Below the pieces are notes generated by a model. It was not told where the DNA came from. It did not search any database and worked only from the letters and a program-made list of their open reading frames with translations. Source: Oculina patagonica (Eukaryota). Taken from it: a stretch of 64,000 nt of DNA. Within the stretch, counting starts at the first letter, position 1, and each line of letters starts with the position of its first letter. The translations under genes and the position numbers were made by a program. Where the stretch lies: positions 4,774,001 through 4,838,000 of the forward strand of contig NC_135765.1 of assembly GCF_052425735.1 (NCBI RefSeq), read 5' to 3'. Below are positions 12,600 through 25,750 of the stretch, in pieces.

Positions 12600-13300
12600 T
12601 TCACTTTCTTTTGGAAAGGCGTTTGCAAACACAACATGTGCGTTCCAATCAAAATAACTTTTAAGGGAGCTGGAGAAACGCTGTAAAATGGTATAACGCC
12701 TATTATTGATTATTTCCTTATTCTTCACCGACAATCCCGTCCATCAGTATTTCCCCCTTCAATCTCTTTGTCACTGCTGCTGACGAACTCATCACCGATT
12801 TTTTCGTATCCAATTGTTCGTTCATGATAAGCTTATCGTCTTCTTCAAGTTGTACCGAGCAGTCAATTTTCCAGCATAGTTTCCATCCAGACGGAGAAAA
12901 ACTCTTTCAACAGATATATCAACATCCAAATGAGGAAAAACATGCCTTTTGAACTTATATGAATTACATTTACTGCTGGGCGACTTAAGTCTTAGACAGA
13001 GCCCGGTATACTCTTTGTTATAAACAATGGCCCTCCAAAGGTCATACAATTTGGTGAGACACATTAAAGGGAAAATAATAAAATGTGTTAATTCGATTTT
13101 TTCGATGATTTTTCTGTGTTTTCATACATAAAAATAAAGTAAGCCTCGTTTGTATGGCTGTCGACAAGCCCACAATAGAATCCATATGCAAACACCAATA
13201 CACAACAACAATATTAGCCTTGCACGAGGAGTTGTCTCACAACGTAAAGCGGTCTCAGTATATTTGTCAGCGATTGACTAGTGGAACCTCATGCAAGCTT
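12600..13300 (-). mobile_element. Highly decayed Penelope-like RT remnant
   Basis: Fragments IVYNKEYTGLCL and RVFLRL resemble the Penelope RT C-terminus. Many stops are present. Confidence 0.3.
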
Positions 13301-13376
13301 TGCCTCGTTGTTAAGTAAACCTGCATGGTGGGAGGGAGTGCCTTTGCAGCGACAAGTTACAAGTGTCTTGTTTTAA

Positions 13377-16300
13377 AGTGCTACTATGACGAAATTTTTT
13401 GTTTTTCTTTTCGACTTTTTCTAACGCCAATTTGGACAATAAGTCCATATTTAACTAACACGCTAGAATTCAGAACGTTGCGAGCGAGATAAGCCTTAAA
13501 AAAGGTAGCCGAAAATCGTCGAAAACCCGTCCGCCATTACTCGGACCGCTAAAGTGAGCCGGCGACTGCACTGAAAAGCGGATTTACGCATGAGTTGGAT
13601 CGTGACGTCATATGCGCATCTTGGCTTCGAGCTTCGAGTGTTCAAAGAGAGAATACACTGAGAATTCACAGGGTTGTAAAAGATGTTTTCTTCGTCGAAT
13701 TCTTCGCCCAGTTCGTCCGGTAGCCAAACCGAAGAAAGCTGCAACTAAGAGACAATGTAATTTAGCGGTATCGTTCCTTGTGATGAGAATTAGAGCCGTC
13801 TAAATAATTATAAAGGGCAATGTTTGTATTTCGTTCGATGAGGTTTTGGCGCTGTTTGCCTTCAATGAAGCTGTCGTCTTCTTCATGCCCGATCGGAGCA
13901 CCGATCAAAGAAGCCTCGAAGAGCGAAGAGGAACGGCGATTCAGGGACTGCATACGTTCTATGATACGTTTGAATACATGGTATGATGGGAAAAACGTAA
14001 TTGAATAGTTAGGATAAAATGTGTGCAATGTTTGTAGAGAGGTACATACATGTAGGTTGCTATTGCCGTTTGAAGAAGCATTGAAATGATCAGATGATCT
14101 GAACTGTTGTTTTCATTCTTGTAATCTATAACACACGCCATGGGCATTATGAGCTAATTAGAAATCTTTCTCTGTTTTTTTCTCTCGACAAAAAGCTGTA
14201 ATAACATGAAATAATGTCAACTTTATACAGAAAAATTAAAGTCAACTAGGATGGTGCAGGTGATCAATAGATTTAGCTCCTTGATTTATATAGTTTTAGC
14301 TTCCTTTACTGCAAAACAGACAATAATTTTGATGGGTGATATCAGTACAGACATCCAGTTTCAGCCAGCATTCAGTATTTCTGTTTCCTAAAATAAGGAA
14401 ACTATTTACTAATAAATTATGTTATGAAACTGACCCTTGAGCAGCCGGAAAACTGGGTAGGAGTAGTTTTCCTCATTCATTTCACCAGAGTTAATGTGTT
14501 TTCCTCTTGGCCTCATAATTTTGTCCTTGGCCTGAGAGGATATGTACCCAAGTAAAAAGTTAAAAATTTGTCTGCCAGCCTCATACAGTAGTCAGATAGT
14601 ACAGAGTCACAACAATTCACAGCATCACCAAAATGAACTAACTTGGCATAGTTTGTTCGAGGATTTTTTTTTTCTTTTTTCCCAAAATCATGTGAGGTAT
14701 ATGAAACAAGAAACATATCAATGAAACAAGAAACACATCAGACTTTTTTTTTTACTTTTTTGGCACAAATTTTCTGGAACGAAACCTGTTTTACCGTATT
14801 TTCTCAATTAAACGCCCCTGGTATTTATTTCGAATTTGGCTTGGTGGACCCGGCCTTTATTTGAAGCCGGCGTTTAATCGGTTAAAGGACTGTTATTTTC
14901 TGTAAATGTTTCAGATTGATTTACTGTTACTGATCTCCAAGACCAAGGGGCAGTTTGTCAAAGCGGGGCGATTTTTCTCTTCGTTTTGCTCTAAAATACT
15001 GTCCTGTTTTTATCCTGTGTTAACTTAACCCGACTGTAAGCAAGCCAGCTCTGTGTACCACCCTAGATAAACAGACACCATATTAGAAAAAAATTTCTGC
15101 TTCCATAAGGGTTAAATATACTTAATTCCCATAAATAGTCTTCACAATTGCTCCCTTGACACAAAAAATCAAAGTCTGCATGCAAGCCTAGTTGTACATC
15201 AAGCAAGCTTACCCGTAAGTAGGATTAAGCAACCAGGAGTATTTCTACTTCCTCCTAAATAAATGCAAGTACAAGTTCATCACAGGTTTACCCTTCCCCC
15301 TCCCCACACCATTAATTTGCCGATTCCCATTCTACACTTGGTGGAGAGGCACTATGAGAGTAGTCTTGCCAAAGAACACAACACAATGACACTGGTAAGG
15401 GCTCACACCTGAACCCCTTGATCCGAAATCCAGCACACTAACCATTAGGCCACTGCATCTCAATACAACTACTACATTACTATGACAACATTTTTATTTA
15501 TGGTACAGGTTTGACTGTACTTGTGTTAGCAGCTCAAGAGTTCTCTGGCACATTTACATGATTTATTTTTGGCTACTAAATCAACTCTTACAAAATAATG
15601 TGCGAGGCGTGCAAGGCAAGGCAGTGAGGCAAGGCATGCAAGGCAGAAATCCCTACTCCAAATAAAAAGGCTAACTGCAAGCTACCTAACCTAACTGTAG
15701 GCTGACCGCACTGTTACATAGGCTAACTGGAATGGACTGCATGCGTCGCTGCCTTGCACTTTGTGTTGACCCATAAATTCTCAACTAAATGAACAAAAAG
15801 GACATGCAAAAAAATATTGCAAACTCAAAATAAAGGGTGGCTAGGATTTCAACATTGCTCTGTTGCACACAACATACCGGTAAGTGTACATATACAATAC
15901 GATACTTTAATTTGACACTCCCCTTACGGGGCTTTTCAGTGACAATAAATTACAGTAGAAATAACAATTTTAAAATTATAAAAATTACAATGATAATCAT
16001 TACAATGATAAAAAATTACAATGATAAAAATTTGGATAAAATGAATTACTCCTAATTAATCTATGTTAAAAACTCCTCATATGGCTCATAAATAAAGGCT
16101 CATAAGGGTACATATGGCTCATAAATAAAGATTTACTGAGTAAAATCAGGATAGCCTGTATGTCTCTGAGACAGGCTGTCAGTGTTCAATCCTGAGTTTA
16201 ATTTACTCCTCAGAAAATGTTTATGGATACTATTCTGTAAGTGCACAATGAAGTAGTCCTTTTGTAGCGACTACTTCTACATTTCATGGCAGAAATAAAC

Positions 16301-17278
16301 AAGTGACCAACACCGAGAACGTGCTGGTGAGCAAAAAAACTTCAATTATTAAGACTGCAAAGTATACAGAGGATTACAATGGGAACATTCTCAGTACCTA
16401 TAATCAGTAAAATGATATTGCTAAGTTTTGCTTCCTTCTGCAGCTGTAGTGTACTTCACATAATGTATGTTCATTCGAAAGAGATAATTCAGAAAACATA
16501 CAGGGTTTTGTCCAAAAATTACCTTTTTGGGCATAAAGTAAGCTTATCTACAGATAATTTAAAAATAAATATTCTAGAAATAAAACGTGCGCTTGAGCAA
16601 TAAAAGTAAATTTACGCCACTCACCCAATGTTTTGCTTCTACAAATTAGTGAATACAGTAAGCTGTAGATAATTTCGAAACATCTTTGCTCACGCATTCT
16701 ATCCAATCCCCCAACTTCTCTCAAAAAGCTAAGAAGTTAACCTCACAGTGGTTGCAGGGAAAATATCTATAACACATTTCCATGAGTACAAGTTTCTCTC
16801 AAAGTTATCAGGTGATCGATTATTCATCTCGCACGGTTGAATCGGGCGCGTTAAGATGTCACGAAATTCCGCCTTTTGAATTGTTTTCTGCCACTATGTT
16901 GTGCAAAAGTGATCTGGAGATGCCTTGTAGTATGTTTAAAAAACATTTGTGCAGTAGATCAGGCTTCTGTACCACTTCAGGTTAAAAAGAAAACCAATGT
17001 TTGTCCAAATCGGTCACTCCAGCCTTCGAAGCAGGCATTTTGTTGATGCGCATATGACGTCAGCATGCTCTCGCCCCAACTAGTTCCAGATCTCTATTTG
17101 GTCCTCGGACATTTTTGAATCTAGTAATGGCGGCAAGCCAAAGCCGAAGTTTACGCGTGAAATAAGTAGTCTTCCAATTCGAATTTGAACTTAAAATTTG
17201 GCAAGGTTACTATTTAATGTAAGTACTTTCGAAAACCGAAGAGAAAAGGGAAGGTAAAATTTTGATCATAGTACCACT
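13377..17278. mobile_element. Kolobok-like DNA transposon, decayed (3.9 kb), with nested inserts
   Basis: TIRs AGTGCTACTATGA / TCATAGTACCACT with TTAA on both sides (13373-13376, 17279-17282). Decayed Ser/acidic frame at ~13683-13980. Nested MITE piece (~14792-14885), SINE and LINE tail (~15890-16130). Confidence 0.7.
15195..15460 (-). mobile_element. tRNA-derived SINE, diverged
   Basis: Matches 52213-52498 (ggagaggcactatgagagta...cttgccaaagaacacaacacaa...ctaaccattaggccac). Confidence 0.7.
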
Positions 17279-18109
17279 TTAAACATTAAAGATTTAATAC
17301 AACAAAACTGAAAACAACCTGATCTACTCTTATATCACACAAACGTTTCGTTCGATGAGTCAAAATTAGAGTCAAGGAATGAGGTTCCATGTTTTGAGCC
17401 TGAGGGTGGCAATTTATTGAGTAGGCCTTTTATGTAGCAAATAAAGACAAATTTTCAACAACGTAATTTGGTACTCATAAACCAATCTTATCATTTTACA
17501 TACATACTGTTCAACTACAAGTTAAAATGTGAATCCGTGTAAAAAGAGAGCGTTTTTGTGGGGTAAAGTGTGGCAAAAGGGTTATCAGCTTCCTTGCCAA
17601 TAAATTTATTTATCTAACTTAACCTAACAATTTATCGAAGTACAACAGTAGTTCTTATTTTCACAATTTGAGATACAATGCTTGATATTTTATACAATGT
17701 GTATCTAATAAGCTTTATAAGAGTAACTAATAGAGGACATACAAAAAGCACATACAAAAAGTTAAACGTACCATGGCCACCGAAAATCTGGAGATCTGCC
17801 TACAAAAAAGCTTAATAATCGAATGTATTCTATGAAATAAAGGGTTAAAAATTTGTGCGGCTTTGTGTCACCTATACTTCTTTACAATTTATTGTCATAA
17901 AGCTTGTAGTCTTATCATGCTAATATAGAGATATCGTAATACTTATTCCTCGATTGGTGCAAATATTATAATTTAATACGCTTGTTAATATTACATCCGC
18001 ATGACGATGTAACTATCGAACGATTTCCATCACTTTTTGGTGTATACTTTACCACTAGTTGTATAGATCTGTAGCATGTAAACTACTGTAGTAAGCAATC
18101 AGTTTATTT

Positions 18110-19262
18110 TTAACGAACGAAGACTTTCCAGAAATCACTGGAAGACGCTCCAGCATGGTAGCCATCGCATTCCAATCTTGAGCCATCCTCAAGCACAATC
18201 CAATGATACAGACTCCCCACAAAAACAGCGTCATCGTATAATCTGTTTTGATCTCTACCGCTCCCCCATTTGCCAACGTAATACCATTTATGGCAAATTC
18301 CGGCTAACAGCGAGTCGTCATTATCCATTCTTATAAATGAGCCACAGGCGTCCGGCTCGACATCCGTCTGACCGCTAAAGTACTGGACTACAGCTTCTGA
18401 ATCACCAGTGCTGTTAGCGGCCGTGGTCACGTGGAACGTGCGTCCATGATGTTGTTTACTGCAGTGGAATCTCAGTTGAGTGAAGTACAAGTGGGTTCTC
18501 AACTCATTCATGGCTCTCTTCGTGAGAAAGGTGTTGTTATCGTGATTGTTGCTTATTCCACGGCATGATGTCTCGACTGACAGTTTAAAGGCAGACGAAT
18601 CGTCAATCACCACGTTGGAGACAAGGAGCCAGCCTCCTGAAATAAAGACTCAACAAAGGCTTCAGGGAATAGAGTATACATTAAATACATACTATATATT
18701 ATGGGATAGTTTTTAAAAGGGATTGTATGAATATTAAATTACAACATATGCAACTAGTGGCCAGCCGTACTAAAAGAAATATTGTGCGAATTCAAATGCC
18801 GAGTTAAATAATTTTTATATCTATTTTAAACAATTAGATTTTGAGCCCCAAATTTTCATGAGGTGTCAGTTAATTAGGCGAAAGGCCAAATCATCACCAT
18901 CACTATCACCTCGTTGAGTTTGAAAGCGAATAATCTGATTATTCTATTAGATCATATTAAAATCCTCTCCGGAAGAAGCTCTGAAGTGAGGAGGTTTTTA
19001 ACCATCAATGAATTCATGAGATTTATGTGTCAAGTCAAGGGTCATAAACTTCTGTATCCTACCATGTTTAAAGGCAAGAATCACTTCTCTAGTTAAGGAA
19101 ATCACTCACCACCGTCAGTTGTCGTGTCACAGAAGGCTTTTAAAGGGTTTCCGTTCCTTTCGAGGTCCAACCAGTAATTACCGCTGACCGCTTGTCCTCC
19201 TTCACTCGCCTTGATCTCTTTACACGAATCAGCAGGCAGCTCGGGAATAGAACCGAGAGGCA
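18110..19262 (-). CDS. Gene 2 (5'-incomplete): fibrinogen-like domain protein. Exons 19262-19110 and 18636-18110
   Basis: Phase-1 GT-AG splice gives (V)PLGSIPELPADSCKEIKASEGGQAVSGNYWLD...FCDTTTDG|GGWLLVSNVVIDD...QLRFHCSK...DFWKVFVR*. CDxxTDGGGW is the fibrinogen-related domain signature. The frame is open, but no start or signal exon was found upstream. Confidence 0.7.
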
Positions 19263-21164
19263 CTGAAATTGAATGAGATAAACTCATTAGTCACCAGTGA
19301 CTGATGAAGTCTGGATGATATCAGACGAAATATTTCACGCTTTTAAATTTTATTTGCGCTCCGAGTTTGAAAACATTTTAAACCCTTTTAACTATGTATC
19401 CGGAGCAGGAAACCAATATTTTCAATTCCTAAAACACAATTTTCAGAGATGACTCGTCAAAAAACTTGACTGAGCTAGTACTGAACCCGCAAAGTACTGG
19501 AAACATATCATAGATTTGTCGAATACACAGCATACACAGACTGGACGATGATTTTATGTTGGTTCTTTTTGTGTAGTTTAACGATTTTCTCTAGATTTTC
19601 AAAGCCATCAATGATTTATTTAGCATGCATAAAAGTATTGTTTGCTTTGTTGTGTTGCCATGGTAACTAAGTGTAACAAGCAATTTCCCGGATATTTTTC
19701 AAACTTATGAAGTGTAAAAAGAAATTTATCATAAAAAGTTTTCCTATCTTTTAGAAAGAACACTCTAAAATCTCTCCTTCATACACGAAGTTATCGAGAA
19801 TTCATGTTATTACAAGAGCCGGCATCTCTATCGTCTAAACAAATTGCTATCTCTTCAATTATTGATGGAGCTTTTATTTTCAGTCAACTCTGTTTTACTG
19901 ACGCTTTGGTTTGGTAGTAACTATTACTACGATGAATTTCAATTGCATCTAATTTGAAAAAAAAAAAATAAAAAATAAATGTTTTATATAGTGGCGCAAT
20001 ATTGTAAGCGCTCCGTGAGTGCTAATGGAAATTTAATTTTATTTTCTATTATATATATAGTTCGTGGCCGTCTATAACTATGACTAACTATCGAGCGATT
20101 TTTAGTTAAAGAAGAGAGGTCTTGAAGCTCGGATTTTAAAAATAACGGAGATACAACGCTTGCTCTGTTTGGTACAAAAAAAAACCTATGGACTATATAA
20201 ATCCAAACGCTACGCGGGAGCGGGAAGACTAAGAATTGGCAAATGTTTAACTTCTCAATTTGGTCTGTTCGACTCTATAAGCTGTTAAGCGAATAAAATT
20301 TAAACAACTTACTGAGGTTTTTTTAACCAAAATTATATTTCCTACCGACTGCAGGAGTGTGGGAAGTTGAGGAACTAAGCCGAAAACATAACACGGAAGC
20401 AAAAATAGCGAAAAGGAATATTATATGAATATCATTTCACTGATCATGACATTTAAAACATAAATATTGGGAATAAAAAAAAAGGACCTAAAATTGGCCG
20501 CAATATCAACTAGGTTACTTGAATTTGTTGAGCGGCAGAAATTTTACACCGCTTCACATTAACAGTCTCCATTCGAGACCAGACGTTTGTTCAAGAAAAT
20601 ACAGAATTTTGTTTTGCTGAAGAATGCACAATAAAACTTGTATAAAAGAAATTGGCCTCCCAAGTGTCATGTTTAATAATACAAATACAATACGCTATCT
20701 AGCGACTCATGTAAGACGCAAGGCCCCCAATCGGCAGAGCCAACTTCTTTTGGAAAAAAAGATCAGAAAGGTGGCCGACCTAAGTCGTTAGTAACTAGCT
20801 GTAATAGAACTATAACAGGCTTAGAAAATTCAACCACAGAAAGATAAAATTCTGTCTGTCTTAAGCGCTTTATTTCTTTCCCCGACTCCGTGCTATTTTA
20901 ACCGTATGCCTTTGAAAATAGGCAAGTTTTAATCCAGTTCATATACATTCGGGTAAACGGCGGCGAATAAAGATGTGACAAAGTATCAAGACACACGTAC
21001 GTTGCCGCCTTATTATTACATGTAGAAAAAAGCGAAAATAACCCCTCAAACAAAAAGGCTGCGATAAAAGGAGAAATTCAATGGTAAGAAATGAGAACAG
21101 TTACTTGCTTGTATTAAAACACTGCAGCTAGTTTCCTTGAGTGATATATGTATTTACGGTAAAT

Positions 21165-21303
21165 ACTTACTTGAAAGAAACGCGAATAGTGCTTGAGGAA
21201 CACCTTCTATCCTTAAAGGAGCACCCCTTATGCCTCTTATGCCCTATGGGATGATATTTACCATAAACCACACTTAACGGACCAATCCGTGTTTGGTTTT
21301 ATA
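21165..21303 (-). promoter_or_regulatory. Candidate TATA box and 5' splice donor upstream of gene 2
   Basis: Minus-strand TATAAAA at 21303-21297 and GTAAGT at 21170-21165. Motifs only. Confidence 0.25.
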
Positions 21304-23038
21304 GCCTCCAGGGTAAGGGAAAAATCAGTTAAATTTTAATCACAGTTCAGTTCAGCCAATTCATCTTCTTTAGTCAAAACAATATATAAACAAAATATAT
21401 ATTAACTTTAGTTTTAATGCCACAAAGTGAAAAACTCTACGTGAGTACGTCAATGATTAAAAAGAGTATTTCTGAATTTGATAGAGTTATTAAATATTTT
21501 AATATACCTTCTCAATCTGAATGTTGTGTACGATAAAGAGGTTTATAGTGTATTTAATTTAGTTGGCAAGACGCTCCATGATATTTTTTTTTTCATTTCA
21601 TAGGTCTGGACGTTGAGGTTTGTGTAACTCGTGGCTGTGGCAGTGTTTAACAACGACAATGGCAATGTTGTTTATTTATGCTAACACAACGAGAAAAACT
21701 CACGGTGCGTATTACTTCCAAATTCTTGCTGCATCAATAATTAACGGCTTTAAAATCGCGAGAGAATCGCTTTTTTAACATCAAGGAGAGAAAAACGCGA
21801 CAAATATAAAGGAAATCATCGTGCAGTCTATGTATTCGACAAATCCATGACTTGTTTCCACTTTGGTTTAGTGCTGGTCATGTTTTTGACATGTCACCAT
21901 GAAAAACGTGTTTTTGGAGGTACGTACGTACTTTTAAAACGTTATTTGAGATATGCGCCAGTACGGTGTGTCCTTTTCTTTGTTGTTAAATTTTCCTATA
22001 TCATTAGTTAGTTTTTATTCGATTTTTCAGTTCTTGCGAACATGAAAACACCTAATCCTTAGCGTTTTGCACAATAAAGAATCTGTTATTTTATCGTTGA
22101 CTTACTTTCGAGTTGATGTAAAGATTTTAGATTTTAGCATTTTTCTCTTCAAAATGAGAGTTTTTTCAAACACTATTGAATCGTGTAATGGCACTGTGAA
22201 GAAAGTTCTGGACTTGGTTTAAATCCAAGTGCATACAAGGGTGTTTGGAAATCAAACCGGATAGCAAGTTAAATTTTCACCATAACATAGCATAGTGAAG
22301 TCGCTAATTGCACTCAGTATTAATTCTGTGGAGCCATATTTTACATATATATTTACTGAAAATAACTGCGATTCAGTGACGAAAGTCACCAACTAAAACA
22401 ATAGTGGGGAGTATTAACAATAAACCGGGTGTACACAGTAAAGGCTGGACCGAATCAAACAAGAACGATAGGCTTTAATCAAATATGCTTGAAAGAATTC
22501 AGATTACGCGAAAGCTGACATGACCTGTCTGGTTAAACGAGACAAAACTCTCGACGACTTCATGAAAACTCTTGCAGCTTCAAATTGAAACCTCACGGCA
22601 GTTAACGAGAATAACACACGAAATCTTTCACATCAAAAAGCAACTTTGATCAAACAAATCCAAATAAAAAATATTTGTTTTCATATTGAAATTACCACTA
22701 AATTCTTCGTTATATCCAAGTCAATCTTCCTTTATTGAGAGTCGTCCATTGAAACGTAATAACTCTTTTTACTATCAAAGTGTTTTAATTCAAATAATTA
22801 AAGGAACAAAAAAACTGCACTGCACTTCAGTTTACACGTCAATGCTGCATACAGTATTTTCGAGCCAAAAAGGGAATTTGTTTAGTATGTCTGGCTATTA
22901 TCGCCACAAATAACTGTTCTAATCACGATAAATGCGGTCAGACGTAAATATAGCGCTACATGTTATTTTATATTATTTTTTGTCAGAATCGAAGAAAATT
23001 CATAGCTGATGACCTTCTCTTGTTATTTGTTGTAACAG

Positions 23039-25709
23039 AAGTTCCATGTATAAAAAAGAAATTTGTGAAACCAGTTGAAGACAAGGCACTTATTAATCAC
23101 GTGATAAGTACCCCGACAGTGACGTCAGAGGAAGTATGTAAAATACAATGTTTTATAGAAGTCAAGTGCGAGTCATACAACTTTGGTCCAAAAGAGGGCG
23201 GTGGTCACGTGTGTGAGCTAAGTGATTCTGATGCTTTCAGAGATCCACTAGACTGGATAACAAAACAAGGATTTCTGTACGGTGAGACTCAGGTAAACCA
23301 CGAAATTTTATCGTTGGTCAAACTCTAAGGCGTTATCAAATGACAATCCTTTTGTGGAGAGTAGTAAGTAATTAAAGTATGTTGAAAGGGCTTGCATTGC
23401 GCAATCTCCCGAGGGTAGAGGCTCGTGTTCAAAGTGTTTGACAATTTTAAATGATAAATGTGCATGAGAAGTGCATAAAAACGTGATTTCGTCTTAGTTC
23501 ATACTTAACGTTATCACAACAACAGTCTCTTCGTACCACGAAGAAAAGAAACAAATTATTTCAAAAATCATTGTTTTTTAACTAAAGTAGGATCAGGCAG
23601 GGCACACGAAATAACTTAGATAAAGAGCTTATCTAGGGCGGCAGTCAATTAAAATTACGGATTATAAGACGGACCAGTTTTTTTACTACTTATAAAATAT
23701 TCATTATTATATTAGTTGTTGTCAAAAAGTTGCAAATAGTACTTAAAAGGATTTTTTCTTATTTAATTTAACGATAACAGAATCCCTGTGCAAAAGCTAA
23801 GTGTCCTGTGAATGCCCGCTGCAGCTCGGACTTTGAAAATGACACATACTTGTGCGCATGTCTGACAGGATTTGCTGGAAACAACTGTGAAGGTAACTGA
23901 ATTACGTCATCAAACAAATTACTTTAAAATTTGATTACTTTTAGATTCATGTTAAAAGAGATTTGTACTTGTAAAATGCTACTACCTTGTTCTTTAAGCT
24001 AATGATATTATTTTATTATATTATATTATATTATTTTATTTTCTATCAGGAAACTATGGGATTGTTCGACATAAGCTAATGGTGTTTATAAATGTTTTAA
24101 TTTACTCTTATTCGTAGTATGTTTGTAACTGTATGTCCAGTTAACCATTTGCAACCACCTTTCTCCGTTTCATAACAATAAGGAATGTTTTTATTGTAAA
24201 TAATAACTTATTTTAGCATTTTATTGTAAAGAATGTCGTATTTTAGCATTTTATTGTAAATAATATTAGCATCCTTATTATTTTAAGCTGAGGGCCCCAC
24301 GTTTATCATTAACTTAAGTTACTATCACGGGTCACCCTCCTTTAAAAAAAGTCTTTCCTACCTACCTACCAACCATGTCGATTAATGCAAAGATGGCATC
24401 CGTAGTTGCCATGGCAATGCTACTTGTAAAAACACAAAAGACTTCTACAGCTGTATTTGCAAGGCAGGATTTCAGGAAAATGGAAAAAAAAAACAGCTGC
24501 AAAGGTGAGTAACAGTGATAATACAAATGCCATTGCAAGATTTCTGAAAAGCGTAGTACCTCATGAACTGTCCGCCATTTGTAGCATGATGTCACTCTGA
24601 CTAACGCTAAAGCAGCCTTCACACGACAAACTTATGGCCAACTCGTGTTAGCAAACTCAAGTTGGTGTGTTTGAACGACGCAACAACGGTAAACAAGTTG
24701 GCCAACTGTTGGCAACAAATATAGTAGTTGTCTCTATTCTCGCCAACAGTTTGCCAACTTGTTCGCCAACTGTTGTTGTTTCGTTCACACACCAACTTGA
24801 GTTTGCTAACTTTAGTTTGTCGTGTGAAAACTGTTGAAGTCTTTCACCTTTGTTATTCTTTAGACGTCAATGAATGCAAAGACGGCCTTCATGGTTGCCA
24901 CAGCAATGCCACTTGTAATAACACAATAGGCTCCTACAACTGTACCTGCAAACCAGGATTCCATGGAAATGGGCGAAACAGCTGCGAAGGTGAGTCAGCA
25001 ATATTAAACATTTCGAATTCTTCAGTTTCAGCTAAGAAATAGAAAATTGTTCGCGTTTTCATTTCGTCCGCCCTTCCGTTCGTTCTTTTTCTCTTTCTTA
25101 TTTGGACGGTTTTCTCGCTTCCTATATGCCTTGAAATTAAAGGGTGATAAAAGCCTAAACCCGCATAAACTGTTCTATATATTTAACAAAGTAAATTTTA
25201 CGCGGCAAGATTACCTTGACCAGTTTTTGCGACTGAATATCTTAGCTAAAACATTTTATTTTGTTTTTAACAATTTATTAAAAAAGTCTGTTTCTGTTAA
25301 AGTTCTGTTCCAGTGTTCACCCTCATGGATCGCTTTTCAAAGTTCATGCTACAAACTTTTCACAGACGAAAAAGACTGGGACAATGCAAACACATCCTGC
25401 GTGGCTAATGGTGCTCAGTTGGTGAAGATAGAATCCGCTGACGAGAACGATTTCATTAAGAAAGAGCTTCTAGCAGGCAGGGTACATTACTGGATTGGAC
25501 TAACGGATGCTGAAACTGAAAATTACTGGAAGTGGTCTGACGGAAGTAAATTGGCTGGGTACATCAACTGGATGTCTGGAGAACCAAATAATTATGAAAA
25601 CGAGGATTGTGGTGAGATATTAAAAGGAAATTTCCACGATGCGCTTTATGATGGAGAGTGGGGTGACGACAGATGCTCTAGAGCGAAAGGGTATATTTGC
25701 GAAAAGTAA
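23039..25709 (+). CDS. Gene 3: PAN/apple + EGF + calcium-binding EGF + C-type lectin (~299 aa plus an unidentified leader exon). Exons 23039-23292, 23781-23892, 24864-24989, 25303-25709
   Basis: GT-AG junctions keep the frame open (phases 1,0,1,1). PAN CKIQC...CESYNF...CELS; EGF NPCAKAKCPVNARC...CACLTGFAGNNCE; EGF-Ca DVNECKDGLHGCHSNATCNNTIGSYNCTC; CTLD with WIGL, EPN, WGD. Confidence 0.85.
24030..24372 (+). mobile_element. L2-like LINE 3' UTR remnant
   Basis: gaggg...caccctc stem-loop and (CTAC)n tail, similar to 60340-60435. Confidence 0.5.
24610..24833. mobile_element. Harbinger-like MITE
   Basis: TIRs ttcacacgacaaact / agtttgtcgtgtgaa with internal gccaac repeats. Confidence 0.6.
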
Positions 25710-25717
25710 TCTCCTGA

Positions 25718-25750
<33 letters not shown>

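Noticed and set aside
21417-21630. Candidate leader exons for gene 3 (donor at 21441, acceptor at 21603)
   Set aside because: They encode no signal peptide, have the wrong phase and hit an early stop, so the leader remains unidentified.
25047-25302. N-terminal extension of the 220-aa CTLD ORF
   Set aside because: It is intron sequence of gene 3; the in-frame acceptor is at 25302. The alternative AG at 25313 would shift the frame.
25719-25749. Poly(A) after the gene 3 stop as evidence of a retrocopy
   Set aside because: The gene has introns, homology with gene 1 continues past the tract, and gene 1 has an (AAAC)n microsatellite at the equivalent site.
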